Assembly (NCBI GenBank): GCA_965372465.1
Contig: CBDVCK010000001.1
Location: forward strand, 1-43,605
Direction of reading: 5' to 3'
DNA: 43,605 nt
DNA from: an uncultured Thermoplasmata archaeon
GTDB taxonomy: Archaea > Thermoplasmatota > Thermoplasmata > GCA-020350865
The stretch's first letter is position 1. Each line of letters begins with the position of its first letter. The notes below the pieces were generated by a model. The model saw nothing but the letters and a program-made list of their open reading frames with translations. It did no database searches and was not told the DNA's origin. Of the stretch, positions 16,901 to 24,967 are shown piece after piece. The position numbers and the translations under genes are program-made.

Positions 16901-19900
16901 GAGGTTCTACTTCATCGACATTCCGGATTCATATTCGGTTACTCCGGGAACGAAACTTATCGCGGATGTTAAATGGGATAATTACCCAACAGACATAGAT
17001 GTCTTCATTCTTGGCCAATCCTCTGATTCATTTTCCTCAGGGATGCCAGGTAGATTCGGACCCTATACACTTGGTATCAACGGAGCAAGCACCGACGAGT
17101 ACTGGTTCAACGGAATATTCAGATTCGGAACCTCAACAGGGGGAACCCAGGAGATAATATCAGCTGATCTCGGACAGGGGCTCAATGAAATAATATTACA
17201 TAATGTACTGTACGCTGGAGAGTCCTTTTCCGAGAATGCTACCGGTACACTGGGAACAGTCAATGTTACGCCCTATCCCTGGGATTTGGGATTTATTGAA
17301 GATTTCGCAAATCTAACTGCGACACAGCAATTTTCTGTTCTTTCAAGCTTCAACCTTTCAGGAATCAATGTAGAAGCCTTCGGTGTGTATCCTTCTATGG
17401 AATATCCCGACCAACTCGTCTACCAGAACGACCCAAACGACGAGACCACAGCAAACTGGTCCAAGGAATTCGATGTTTCAAATGCAGATTACATAAAAGT
17501 CAACATAGGAAGCGATGTGAGCATGGATATCGATCTCTTTCTTTTAAGAGATATAAACACCAACGGTGTTCCAAATTGGGTATCCGAGGAAGTGGCCTCC
17601 TCCACCTCTCCAAATGAGAATGAGGAAATAATTCTCAACGCTCCTCCTGATGGTAAATACTGGGTTTTTGTCCATGGCTGGAGTGTACCAGTTGATCCTT
17701 CCATTTTTGACTGCACAATCGAAGTTGTCCATGGAAATGATATAACGGTTACTGATGTACCTTCCGGTAGTATTACAGGAGGGTTACCCGCATATTTCAA
17801 TGCCTCTTGCTCCTTACCACCGATCGGGGGGAAATACAGAGGTGTTGTTACAATCGGCCTTGATGATCTATCCGATTCCATAAGTGTGCCTTTCTTAGCT
17901 GAAGTGGAAAGTGAAATCCCAATAATCTGGAACCTTCTACCAATCAATGGCTCATGGATAAATGATACCCAACCCACTATAAGCGCTCAATACAATGATT
18001 CCGGCTCTGGTGTTGATGTTTCACGGGTGTTCATCTATCTAGATGGTGTTAATCATACTACAAATGCAACGATTACAGTGAACTCAATTATCCTTATCCC
18101 TCCATTTCCTCTAACTGAAGGCAACCATACAATAGATTTGATAGTTACTGATATGTTCAGCAACCAGAATTCCACATCATGGCAGTTTTTGGTGGAGGGC
18201 GGAGGACCTGTTATTTATAATCAACAGCCAGGCAATAATACATGGGTCAATTTTGCTCAACCCGTAATCGGTGCCCAGTACTATGACCTGGGTTCCGGGA
18301 TCAATACTTCTTCTGTGTATCTCATAATTGATTGGATTAACTGGACAGCTTTTTCAACCATCACCTCCAGCTCTATTTCGTTCAATCCCGGATGGCAAAT
18401 GGCAGAAGGCGATCATAATGTATCAGTTTCTGTTGCTGATAATTGGGGATATCAGAACTTCTCCTTCTGGGAATTTTACATCGATACAGTACAACCAACA
18501 ATATCCCTGAATTCCCCAGCGAATAATTCGATTATTGCCCCGGGCCCTATTTTGAATTTCTCAATTTTGGATTTAAATCTGATTGGAGTCAATTTCTCTA
18601 TAAACAGTGGTAGTGATATCCCTCTCTCTGCTCCATACGATCTTTCCACATCAGGGTGGCCGGATGGAGATTACACTATCCAAATAAATGCAGTTGATAT
18701 TGCACAAAATTCCAATTTCTCCTGGTTTTTCTTCAACATTGATACAACCAAACCCCAAATCCTTTTGAATTCACCGGGGAATAATTCAATCGTTCAAAGC
18801 GGAACCATTTTGGACTTTGATATAATGGATCCAAACCTAGTGGAGACCAATTATTCAATCAATGGTGGGTCAGAGAATCCGTTTTTTACACCCTTTGATA
18901 TCCCCACGGCAGCATGGTTGGATGGAGATTATATAATCCAAATAAATGCAGTGGATACGGTGGGCTATTCCAATTCGGCCTGGTATTTCTTTACCATAGA
19001 TTCCACAGAGCCAGTCATCATTTTTAACGCTCCTGATAACAATACAATCATTCCTGGAGGAACCATTTTGGATTTTACCATTTCTGATCCTAATCTGTTA
19101 CAGGCCAATTTTTCACTCAATGGTGGATCCGCTGTTTCCTTTTCTTCTCCCTATAATCTATCCACATCAGGCTGGTTTGATGGGGATTACACAATCCAAA
19201 TCAATGCAATTGATATGGCAGGAAATTCTAAATCTTCATGGTTTTTCTTTACCCTTGATTCCACCAGGCCAGTCATCATTTTGAATGCTCCTTTGAACAA
19301 TTCTTTTATTCAAAGCGGGACGATTCTTGACTTTACCATTGTGGATACAGACCTTATCGAGAGCAACTACTCTATCAACGGTGGATTTGTTGCCTCCTTC
19401 TCTTCTCCTTTTAACATCGACACAACCGGATGGCTGGATGGCGATTACACAGTTCAGATCAATGCAAATGATTCGGTTGGCAATTCAAATTCTTCCTGGT
19501 TTTTCTTTACCATAGATTCCCTGAGGCCAGTCATCTCGAATTTACAGCCATCAAATGGAACAATGATCAATTCCTCTCAACCCACAATAGGTGCTCAGTA
19601 TGATGATTCGGGCTCGGGCATAGATACCTCATATGTGTTTGTTTATGTTGATGGAGTGAACCAAACAGTGAATGCCACGGTAAATCCTGATTCATTCAGC
19701 TTCATACCATCATCCTCAATATCGGAAGGGAACCACAGTGTATATTTGATAGTAACGGATCTTGCTGGGAATCAAAATTCAATAACCTGGCAGTTTATTG
19801 TGGACAGCACAAACCCCATTGCAGAGGCCGGGGAAAACATTACAGTTTTTGAGGATGAAATCATAGTTTTCGATGCAAGTGCAAGTTCGGATGAAAACGA

Positions 19901-22220
19901 AGTTTTCAACTATACATGGGATTTTGACGATGGAACTTTTGGCTATGGAGAAAGTCCATCCCATAACTACACTAAATCCGGAACATATAATGTTACACTT
20001 ACTGTATGGGATTTCGCAAATAACAAAGCGACAGATTCAATAACGGTCTTTGTGAACAATGCTCTACCCATTGCAGAGGCAGGTATCGATCAGATCGTGG
20101 ATGAGGGCGATATGGTATTTTTTGACGGTGGTGATTCATATGATTCTCCTTCTGATAAATCGAACTTGATATACACCTGGTACTTTGATGGAGGTATCGT
20201 GCTTACCGGTAGGACGGTAAGCCATGTATTTTTGGACGACGGCATATATATGGTTACATTGACGGTTGAGGATGACAACAGTGAAATTGACTCCGATACC
20301 CTGAATGTTACAGTCAATAATGTTGCACCACATGCGAATATCGGAGGACCGTATTCGGGTGAGGAAGGAAGTCCCGTTGGGTTCTTAGGTTCGGCAGTCG
20401 ATCCCGGTAATGACACATTCACCTATGAATGGGACTTTGATGAATCGGATGGTATAACATATTCGGATTTCACAGGGCAGAATCCATTGCAGACCTGGCC
20501 TGATGATTTCACTGGCACCATATATTTACGGGTAACTGATGATGATGGTGGTGTGGGTATCAATTCCACAACCGTAACCATCAACAATGTCGCCCCGGTA
20601 GCCAATGCCAGCGGTCCCTATTTTGGGAATGAGGGCATGCTAGTAAACCTCTTGGGCTCGGCTGTGGACCCGGGCACCGATATCCTAACCTATGAATGGG
20701 ACCTGGACAATGATGGACAATATGATGATTTCACAGGTGAGAATCCAGAATGGTCATGGCCTGACAATGGTGTGTATACAATAGGGTTGAAAGTTACAGA
20801 TGACGACGGTGGTGAGGGTACAAATACAACAACAGTAACAATCTATAACCTGGCACCAACAGTTTTTACAGATGAGGTATACTATGGTGATGAAGGTTCC
20901 GTTTTCAGCTTCACAGGTAACGTCACCGACTCTGGTATATCAGACACCTTTTCATATCTGTGGGATTTCGGAGATGGGCAAACAAGCACGCAAGAGTTCC
21001 CGACCCATGTTTACAATGATGATGGAGTTTACACAGTCACTCTAACTATAACGGATGATGACGGGGGTGTCGGAGCTAATTCGACAATGGCCATAGTTTA
21101 CAATACTCCCCCAACAATTGAGGAATTTGACGGTAATATCACAATTGTAGAAGATGTGCCTTTCATACTTGTAATAAATGCCTCAGATGCTACAGGTGAT
21201 GAGATAACTTTCGAGGATGACTCGCAATTGTTTGATATCGGTAGCAATAGTGGTAGAATCCAATTCACCCCAACCAACAACGATATCGGGATATACGCAG
21301 TTACAATTACTGTCCGCGATGATGATGGAGGTACCACCACCCTAATTCTGTTAATTGAGGTTCTGAATGCAAATGACCCTCCGGTGCTCGAAGAAATCGG
21401 TGATCAGACTGCAACAGAGGATTCCCAATATACCTACACTGTTTTGGCAAATGATGTGGATATTCTTGACACTTTAACATTCTCTGATGATTCGTCGCTT
21501 TTTGATATCGACCATGATACCGGTGTGATCTCCTTTACTCCGGTAAACGAACAAGTGGGAGTGTATCTGGTTACCATCACGGTGACAGATTCTGAAGGCG
21601 CCCAAGATTCCGAAGAGGTTACATTTTCTGTTATTAATACAAACGATGCCCCTGTTTTAAACAGCATCCCCAATCAAGAAGCCGTGGTGGGTGAAAGATT
21701 CAACCTAAGAGTGACTGCAATTGATTTGGATAATGACCTGCTATCATTTTCTGATGATTCGGAATTATTCATTACTTTTCCATCCACAGGCAATATTTCG
21801 TTTATACCGAGAAAAAATGATGTTGGCATTTACACGATAAACATAACAGTATCTGACGGGCACGGCGGGCGAAACTCGCAAACAATGACCCTGGAAATCG
21901 TGGATGCCCCTGAATCGGATGAAAGTCCCGAATGGCTTTCATTACTGTACCCTTTCATACTGATAATGGTGGTTGCCATTATTCTTCTATTGATATTGTT
22001 GATGTACTTAAAAAGAAAAAGAGAAGATGAGGGACAACATGAACCTCCACCCCCACCTGATGATACTCTTCTTGAATCACAACATGGACCTCCACCCCCG
22101 CCTGACGATAATCCTCTTGAACCCAGAGAACCACCATTATCCCAAGAAACAATACAACCTCAAGAGCAAAATGAGGTTCCACCTCCACCTCCTCCGCCAC
22201 CACCAGACATAATAGAATAA
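13917..22220 (+). CDS. Giant membrane-anchored S8 subtilisin-like serine protease with Ig-like, PKD and cadherin-like (He_PIG-type) modules, a C-terminal TM helix and a polyproline tail
   Basis: Catalytic triad motifs: VAVLDTGVD (Asp codon 14568-14570), HGTLCASAIAG (His 15201-15203) and SGTSLATPVTAG (Ser 15750-15752). Downstream modules: a CopC/Big-like module x3; an 86-aa repeat x4; PKD-like units (e.g. YTWDFDDGTFGYGESPSHNYTKSGTYNVTLTVWD), about 6 copies; and NDAP/NDPP-led cadherin-like units x3. The TM helix is LLYPFILIMVVAIILLLILLMYL. The tail has PPPPP, PPPPP and P9 tracts. The track start 13893 is TTG. I prefer ATG 13917 (MVKRAFKALISLTILGILLF signal/anchor). Confidence 0.9.
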   Translation: MVKRAFKALISLTILGILLFSSYEMVALSFLDIDFDEPQESEVEKESQAPLDPSPITYKIRDDKDSNPQQSNVFPLGEFYPETEEGDLSYLKIEPELLYGLKSADTMEVVITATDMAEVRELLGFENQNNELPKKKYEGRLDTAVLEVESYMIPKIASLKSVVSIQIYTLPKPPQFPEETGFDSGSEPMMWNAVKYHGADEAWTQGYNGSGVKVAVLDTGVDFGHPDLNGTQARDENPSSPYLGWPLAFDSRSMNSFLSSGGQGFTGSGGEDNWFSDTSSTDTDGDANDILDSTGYNVSGIVSQSGVYHYGLHPDTRLRIIHGNYVAVLVVDENSPGVYDTVYVDLDDDDNFTDEKPCRKGDEVSSHDTGADGIPDRSGGMIYFIADGVNPVPYSDVIAAENGYSLPIPTSGDLVAFMINDPTEAAGNHGTLCASAIAGQGIIGGGRVKGTAPKAEIIAVGNIYQGGNSFDNYYFAVEGYDGIPGTGDEAQILSCSFGDSEVVRGGWDFTSRFVDNLTTYYAPNVTFSVASGNGGYGYGTVASPGSSMGVITVGAALNKRETEVMYWSNRGPNAVGQLDPDIVSVGVDAYGDTPLNQGNNGNNAYRTWSGTSLATPVTAGIIALIYDAYFQSHGEYPTSELAREIIMSTADNLNYDPLVQGAGFSNATRATKVANNISGLLLSPSFWTAGGYRGVDYDAFAHIMFPGESDNITFSVSNADQNNAVDVYISDYILSRTNTHTVAIEANKSNEDGSSNRPDFLIPLYDSKNNISHIPNDTALLKVSGFMPYDEFDPDMNYFKNNDFSITIYNWKDNNGNGSYWNDTNGDGISQTGEIEWSELSGGVICSSSISATTEEARMHDPLDRVDDGIIVGVFHAPQSGAPEISHIYIQSQCYNRTDWDWLSANSSYLDVDADGTSTFNASLTVPPNTPIGLYEGIIAINDTRNETALPVIVNVAGDSPQFNFGGNTMSTQLYANDQVFGAFRWGWRYEGGDWRFYFIDIPDSYSVTPGTKLIADVKWDNYPTDIDVFILGQSSDSFSSGMPGRFGPYTLGINGASTDEYWFNGIFRFGTSTGGTQEIISADLGQGLNEIILHNVLYAGESFSENATGTLGTVNVTPYPWDLGFIEDFANLTATQQFSVLSSFNLSGINVEAFGVYPSMEYPDQLVYQNDPNDETTANWSKEFDVSNADYIKVNIGSDVSMDIDLFLLRDINTNGVPNWVSEEVASSTSPNENEEIILNAPPDGKYWVFVHGWSVPVDPSIFDCTIEVVHGNDITVTDVPSGSITGGLPAYFNASCSLPPIGGKYRGVVTIGLDDLSDSISVPFLAEVESEIPIIWNLLPINGSWINDTQPTISAQYNDSGSGVDVSRVFIYLDGVNHTTNATITVNSIILIPPFPLTEGNHTIDLIVTDMFSNQNSTSWQFLVEGGGPVIYNQQPGNNTWVNFAQPVIGAQYYDLGSGINTSSVYLIIDWINWTAFSTITSSSISFNPGWQMAEGDHNVSVSVADNWGYQNFSFWEFYIDTVQPTISLNSPANNSIIAPGPILNFSILDLNLIGVNFSINSGSDIPLSAPYDLSTSGWPDGDYTIQINAVDIAQNSNFSWFFFNIDTTKPQILLNSPGNNSIVQSGTILDFDIMDPNLVETNYSINGGSENPFFTPFDIPTAAWLDGDYIIQINAVDTVGYSNSAWYFFTIDSTEPVIIFNAPDNNTIIPGGTILDFTISDPNLLQANFSLNGGSAVSFSSPYNLSTSGWFDGDYTIQINAIDMAGNSKSSWFFFTLDSTRPVIILNAPLNNSFIQSGTILDFTIVDTDLIESNYSINGGFVASFSSPFNIDTTGWLDGDYTVQINANDSVGNSNSSWFFFTIDSLRPVISNLQPSNGTMINSSQPTIGAQYDDSGSGIDTSYVFVYVDGVNQTVNATVNPDSFSFIPSSSISEGNHSVYLIVTDLAGNQNSITWQFIVDSTNPIAEAGENITVFEDEIIVFDASASSDENEVFNYTWDFDDGTFGYGESPSHNYTKSGTYNVTLTVWDFANNKATDSITVFVNNALPIAEAGIDQIVDEGDMVFFDGGDSYDSPSDKSNLIYTWYFDGGIVLTGRTVSHVFLDDGIYMVTLTVEDDNSEIDSDTLNVTVNNVAPHANIGGPYSGEEGSPVGFLGSAVDPGNDTFTYEWDFDESDGITYSDFTGQNPLQTWPDDFTGTIYLRVTDDDGGVGINSTTVTINNVAPVANASGPYFGNEGMLVNLLGSAVDPGTDILTYEWDLDNDGQYDDFTGENPEWSWPDNGVYTIGLKVTDDDGGEGTNTTTVTIYNLAPTVFTDEVYYGDEGSVFSFTGNVTDSGISDTFSYLWDFGDGQTSTQEFPTHVYNDDGVYTVTLTITDDDGGVGANSTMAIVYNTPPTIEEFDGNITIVEDVPFILVINASDATGDEITFEDDSQLFDIGSNSGRIQFTPTNNDIGIYAVTITVRDDDGGTTTLILLIEVLNANDPPVLEEIGDQTATEDSQYTYTVLANDVDILDTLTFSDDSSLFDIDHDTGVISFTPVNEQVGVYLVTITVTDSEGAQDSEEVTFSVINTNDAPVLNSIPNQEAVVGERFNLRVTAIDLDNDLLSFSDDSELFITFPSTGNISFIPRKNDVGIYTINITVSDGHGGRNSQTMTLEIVDAPESDESPEWLSLLYPFILIMVVAIILLLILLMYLKRKREDEGQHEPPPPPDDTLLESQHGPPPPPDDNPLEPREPPLSQETIQPQEQNEVPPPPPPPPPDIIE
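18481..19512 (+). repeat. Four tandem coding repeats with an exact 258-nt period (86-aa Ig-like module)
   Basis: Units start at 18481 (IDTVQPTISLNSP), 18739 (IDTTKPQILLNSP), 18997 (IDSTEPVIIFNAP) and 19255 (LDSTRPVIILNAP). The next module begins at 19513. DNA-level similarity is visible, e.g. ggagattacactatccaaataaatgcagttgat versus ggagattatataatccaaataaatgcagtggat. Confidence 0.85.
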
Positions 22221-22279
22221 CTTCATTCAAAAAGGCAAGTTTTAATTATAACAAAGGTAATTCAAAGGCAGGTGTAAAA

Positions 22280-22987
22280 ATGACTGAACTGCTTTATATG
22301 AAGGACATTGAAGGTAATTACATCAGAGAATTCGATGCAAAAATTGTAAAGAAAAAGGATAATTATGTCGTATTGGACAAAAGCGCGTTCTATCCCTTGG
22401 GTGGGGGACAGCCCTCGGATACAGGTATGCTCAAATGGGAAGGTGGCGAGAGCATGGTCACCGAGGTTCAGAAAAAAGGGATAATAAAACATATAGTCAA
22501 AGGCGATATTCCCGAGGGTGAAGTACACGGTATACTGGACTGGGATAAAAGATATGCCCACATGAAGATGCACACTGCACAGCATGTGATATCAGGCGTT
22601 GTTTATGACCTGTATAAGGCCAGGACCGTGGGAAACCAGATCCATGCAGATTATTCCAGGGTGGACTTCTATCCTATCAGTCTAACTGAAGATGACTTGA
22701 AAAAGATCGAGGATGCATCCAATGAAGTGATTCAGAGGAGCTCACCTGTAAAAATCTATAACGAGGAAAGAGATAGTCTTAAGAAAAGGACAGACCCTCT
22801 GCGCTCGAATCTTGATCTCATTCCATCATCCATTAAGAATCTACGAATCGTTGAGATTGAGGGATTTGATGTCTGCCCATGTGCAGGGACACATGTCAAA
22901 TCAACACAAGAGCTTGGAAAGTTAAAAATTACAAAAAAGGAGAACAAGGGAAAGGATAAGGAGAGAATCGTATATACTTTGATGTAA
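22280..22987 (+). CDS. alaX: Alanyl-tRNA editing protein AlaX (AlaX-M type)
   Basis: Contains the zinc-binding HTAQH (HxxxH) and CPCAGTH (CxxxH) motifs of the tRNA_SAD editing domain. Length is 235 aa. AGGTG lies upstream of the ATG. Confidence 0.88.
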   Translation: MTELLYMKDIEGNYIREFDAKIVKKKDNYVVLDKSAFYPLGGGQPSDTGMLKWEGGESMVTEVQKKGIIKHIVKGDIPEGEVHGILDWDKRYAHMKMHTAQHVISGVVYDLYKARTVGNQIHADYSRVDFYPISLTEDDLKKIEDASNEVIQRSSPVKIYNEERDSLKKRTDPLRSNLDLIPSSIKNLRIVEIEGFDVCPCAGTHVKSTQELGKLKITKKENKGKDKERIVYTLM

Positions 22988-23015
22988 AGGCTTCTTTTTC
23001 AGATCAAGTGATTTT

Positions 23016-24926
23016 ATGGGTATCGTAAGATTAGGTAAACTGGCGCTGAGATGGTGCAATGACTGCAACCTGCCGGTTCTTGAATCCAAAGCATGCGGTA
23101 TATGCCAGAATGAGACAGCTCAGGTAAAACTCACACCCCCTGGTGATGTGAGACCTGCATTTGATGTGGATCTTGCCCTCATCCGCGATACCCTTGATTC
23201 CCAATTCGGAGCAGGTTGCGGTGATATACTTATTCCCGAGGATAAAATCGTGATTTTGAACAAGGCCCCATCCCAGGACAGGATGGATGAAATCATTTTA
23301 GACGGTCGTGTTCTGGGGACACTGCGCTATGATATTGGTGAAGGATACAAGATCATTTTGAGAATGCATGCAGCACAGCAGATCGAATCAAATATATCGA
23401 GGAACTGGGTGATGGTGGATCCCGGAGCTGTCACCCCAATTGAAAAAGGTGCAAACGCACTTGCGGTTGGCGTTGTAAAGATATATCCGGATATTGCCAA
23501 GGGAAACGAGGTTGTGGTTCTGAGTGAGGATAAAAAGGCATTGGCAATTGGAAAGGCCAGTATGGACGGTGAAGATATCATCGGAAACAGAGGCGTTGCA
23601 ATTAAAACCAGATGGTACGGAAGGGAAGTTTACCAATCTTTACCTTCAGGCCAGACCTGGGATGATGCAATTTCAGCGAATTTATGGTTCTTTGAGAAAA
23701 AGGTGAGCAAGGCAATTAAATTCATCAAAAAGGTTTCAAGTGAGCAGGAAAACGAGGTCGTGGTTTCATTTTCCGGAGGAAAAGACAGCCTTGCAACTCT
23801 CCTTCTTGCCTTGGATGCCGGTCTCAAACCCAAGGTGCTGTATGTTGATACGGGCCTTGAGTTTGCTGAAACAAATACCCATGTTAACGAGGTAGCCCAG
23901 AAATACGGCCTGGAAGTTGTCAAGGGGGATGCCAAGGATGCATTCTGGGAGAACGTTGCGAATTTTGGACCGCCAGGCAAGGACTTCAGGTGGTGCTGCA
24001 AGACCTGCAAACTTGGTCCCACTGTTAAGCTAATCAAAAAACACTTTCCCAAAGGAGTCGTGTCTTTAATCGGTCAGAGGGCATATGAATCAGAGCAAAG
24101 GGCGAGAAAGGGTGCAATCTGGAGGAACCCGTGGGTTCCGGGTCAGCTCGGTGTGTCACCTATCCAGGACTGGACTGCCCTGCACATATGGCTCTATATT
24201 TTCGAAAAAGATGCTCCCTACAATGTCTGGTACGAGCGGGGGCTGGAGCGAATCGGATGCTGGCTCTGTCCTTCCTCAGATGTTGCTGATTTGGATGTGG
24301 TAAAAAAACATTATCCAGACTATGAAAGATGGGAGCGAATTTTAAAGGATTATGCAGAGAAAATGGGCTATTCAAAAGAATGGCGAAAGTTCGGATTGTG
24401 GAGGTGGAGAAAGCCTCCCAAAGGAGTGATGGATTATATTGATCAGAAGGGTATATCCTTGAAAGATGAAGAGGAAAAACCCCGAATTGAAAGTTCCGGA
24501 AAATTCGAATTCTTCTCTGCCGAAGGTTATCAACCCTGCGAGGGTGGAATGAGCATTGAAGGGGTATTCAGTAGAAGACTGGATATGAAAAGAGCAGCAA
24601 ACCTCCTGAACATCCTAAGTGAAGTTACCTATGACGATAAAACAGATTCATGCTCTTTTTCTGATGTGGATGTATTTGGCGAGGGGGGGATGGTGGTAAG
24701 AGGCAGGGATGAAAAAAAGACAAAAAAACTCATGAACAAGGTTAAGGACACGATAATACGAGCACATCTATGCATAGGATGCGGGATATGCACGGGAAGA
24801 TGCGATTCTGGTGCACTTGAAGTGGATGAGCAGGTGTGTGTGGATGAGGAGAAATGCATTCACTGCGAGGAGTGTCTGGGGCCTTGTCCGGTAATAGGTT
24901 ACGGGGATAGGGAGTTCGAATTTTAG
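23016..24926 (+). CDS. Zn-ribbon/PUA-like + PP-loop (PAPS reductase family) + 2x[4Fe-4S] ferredoxin multidomain protein
   Basis: Elements in order: an N-terminal CNDC-x9-CGIC; a PUA-like segment (WVMVDPGAVTPIEKGANALAVGVVKIYPDIAKGNEVVVLSEDKKALAIGKA); the PP-loop VVSFSGGKDS (about 23768-23790); and a C-terminal CIGCGICTGRC plus CIHCEECLGPCP. Confidence 0.8.
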   Translation: MGIVRLGKLALRWCNDCNLPVLESKACGICQNETAQVKLTPPGDVRPAFDVDLALIRDTLDSQFGAGCGDILIPEDKIVILNKAPSQDRMDEIILDGRVLGTLRYDIGEGYKIILRMHAAQQIESNISRNWVMVDPGAVTPIEKGANALAVGVVKIYPDIAKGNEVVVLSEDKKALAIGKASMDGEDIIGNRGVAIKTRWYGREVYQSLPSGQTWDDAISANLWFFEKKVSKAIKFIKKVSSEQENEVVVSFSGGKDSLATLLLALDAGLKPKVLYVDTGLEFAETNTHVNEVAQKYGLEVVKGDAKDAFWENVANFGPPGKDFRWCCKTCKLGPTVKLIKKHFPKGVVSLIGQRAYESEQRARKGAIWRNPWVPGQLGVSPIQDWTALHIWLYIFEKDAPYNVWYERGLERIGCWLCPSSDVADLDVVKKHYPDYERWERILKDYAEKMGYSKEWRKFGLWRWRKPPKGVMDYIDQKGISLKDEEEKPRIESSGKFEFFSAEGYQPCEGGMSIEGVFSRRLDMKRAANLLNILSEVTYDDKTDSCSFSDVDVFGEGGMVVRGRDEKKTKKLMNKVKDTIIRAHLCIGCGICTGRCDSGALEVDEQVCVDEEKCIHCEECLGPCPVIGYGDREFEF

Positions 24927-24967
24927 GCCGGTATTTGAGGGTTGTTATCCCGTTAATTCTTCCATAA

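Noticed and set aside
17489-17977. Long antisense or alternative-frame ORFs inside large genes (e.g. 17489-17977, 23630-24052, 32312-32779, 38736-39104, 36268-36633)
   Set aside because: Each is fully embedded in a gene with strong family motifs on the other strand or frame. Their compositions are shadow-like and they lack start signals.
18481-19512. Regularly spaced repeats. I considered a CRISPR-like array.
   Set aside because: The period is 258 nt, and the units are divergent, in-frame and coding (Ig-like modules). There is no short conserved repeat with unique spacers.
21979-22230. ORFs on both strands over the end of the subtilase gene (21979-22230 minus, 22027-22212 plus)
   Set aside because: These are frame and antisense shadows of the CCN-rich polyproline tail. 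Their composition is His/Val/Glu-biased and there are no signals.
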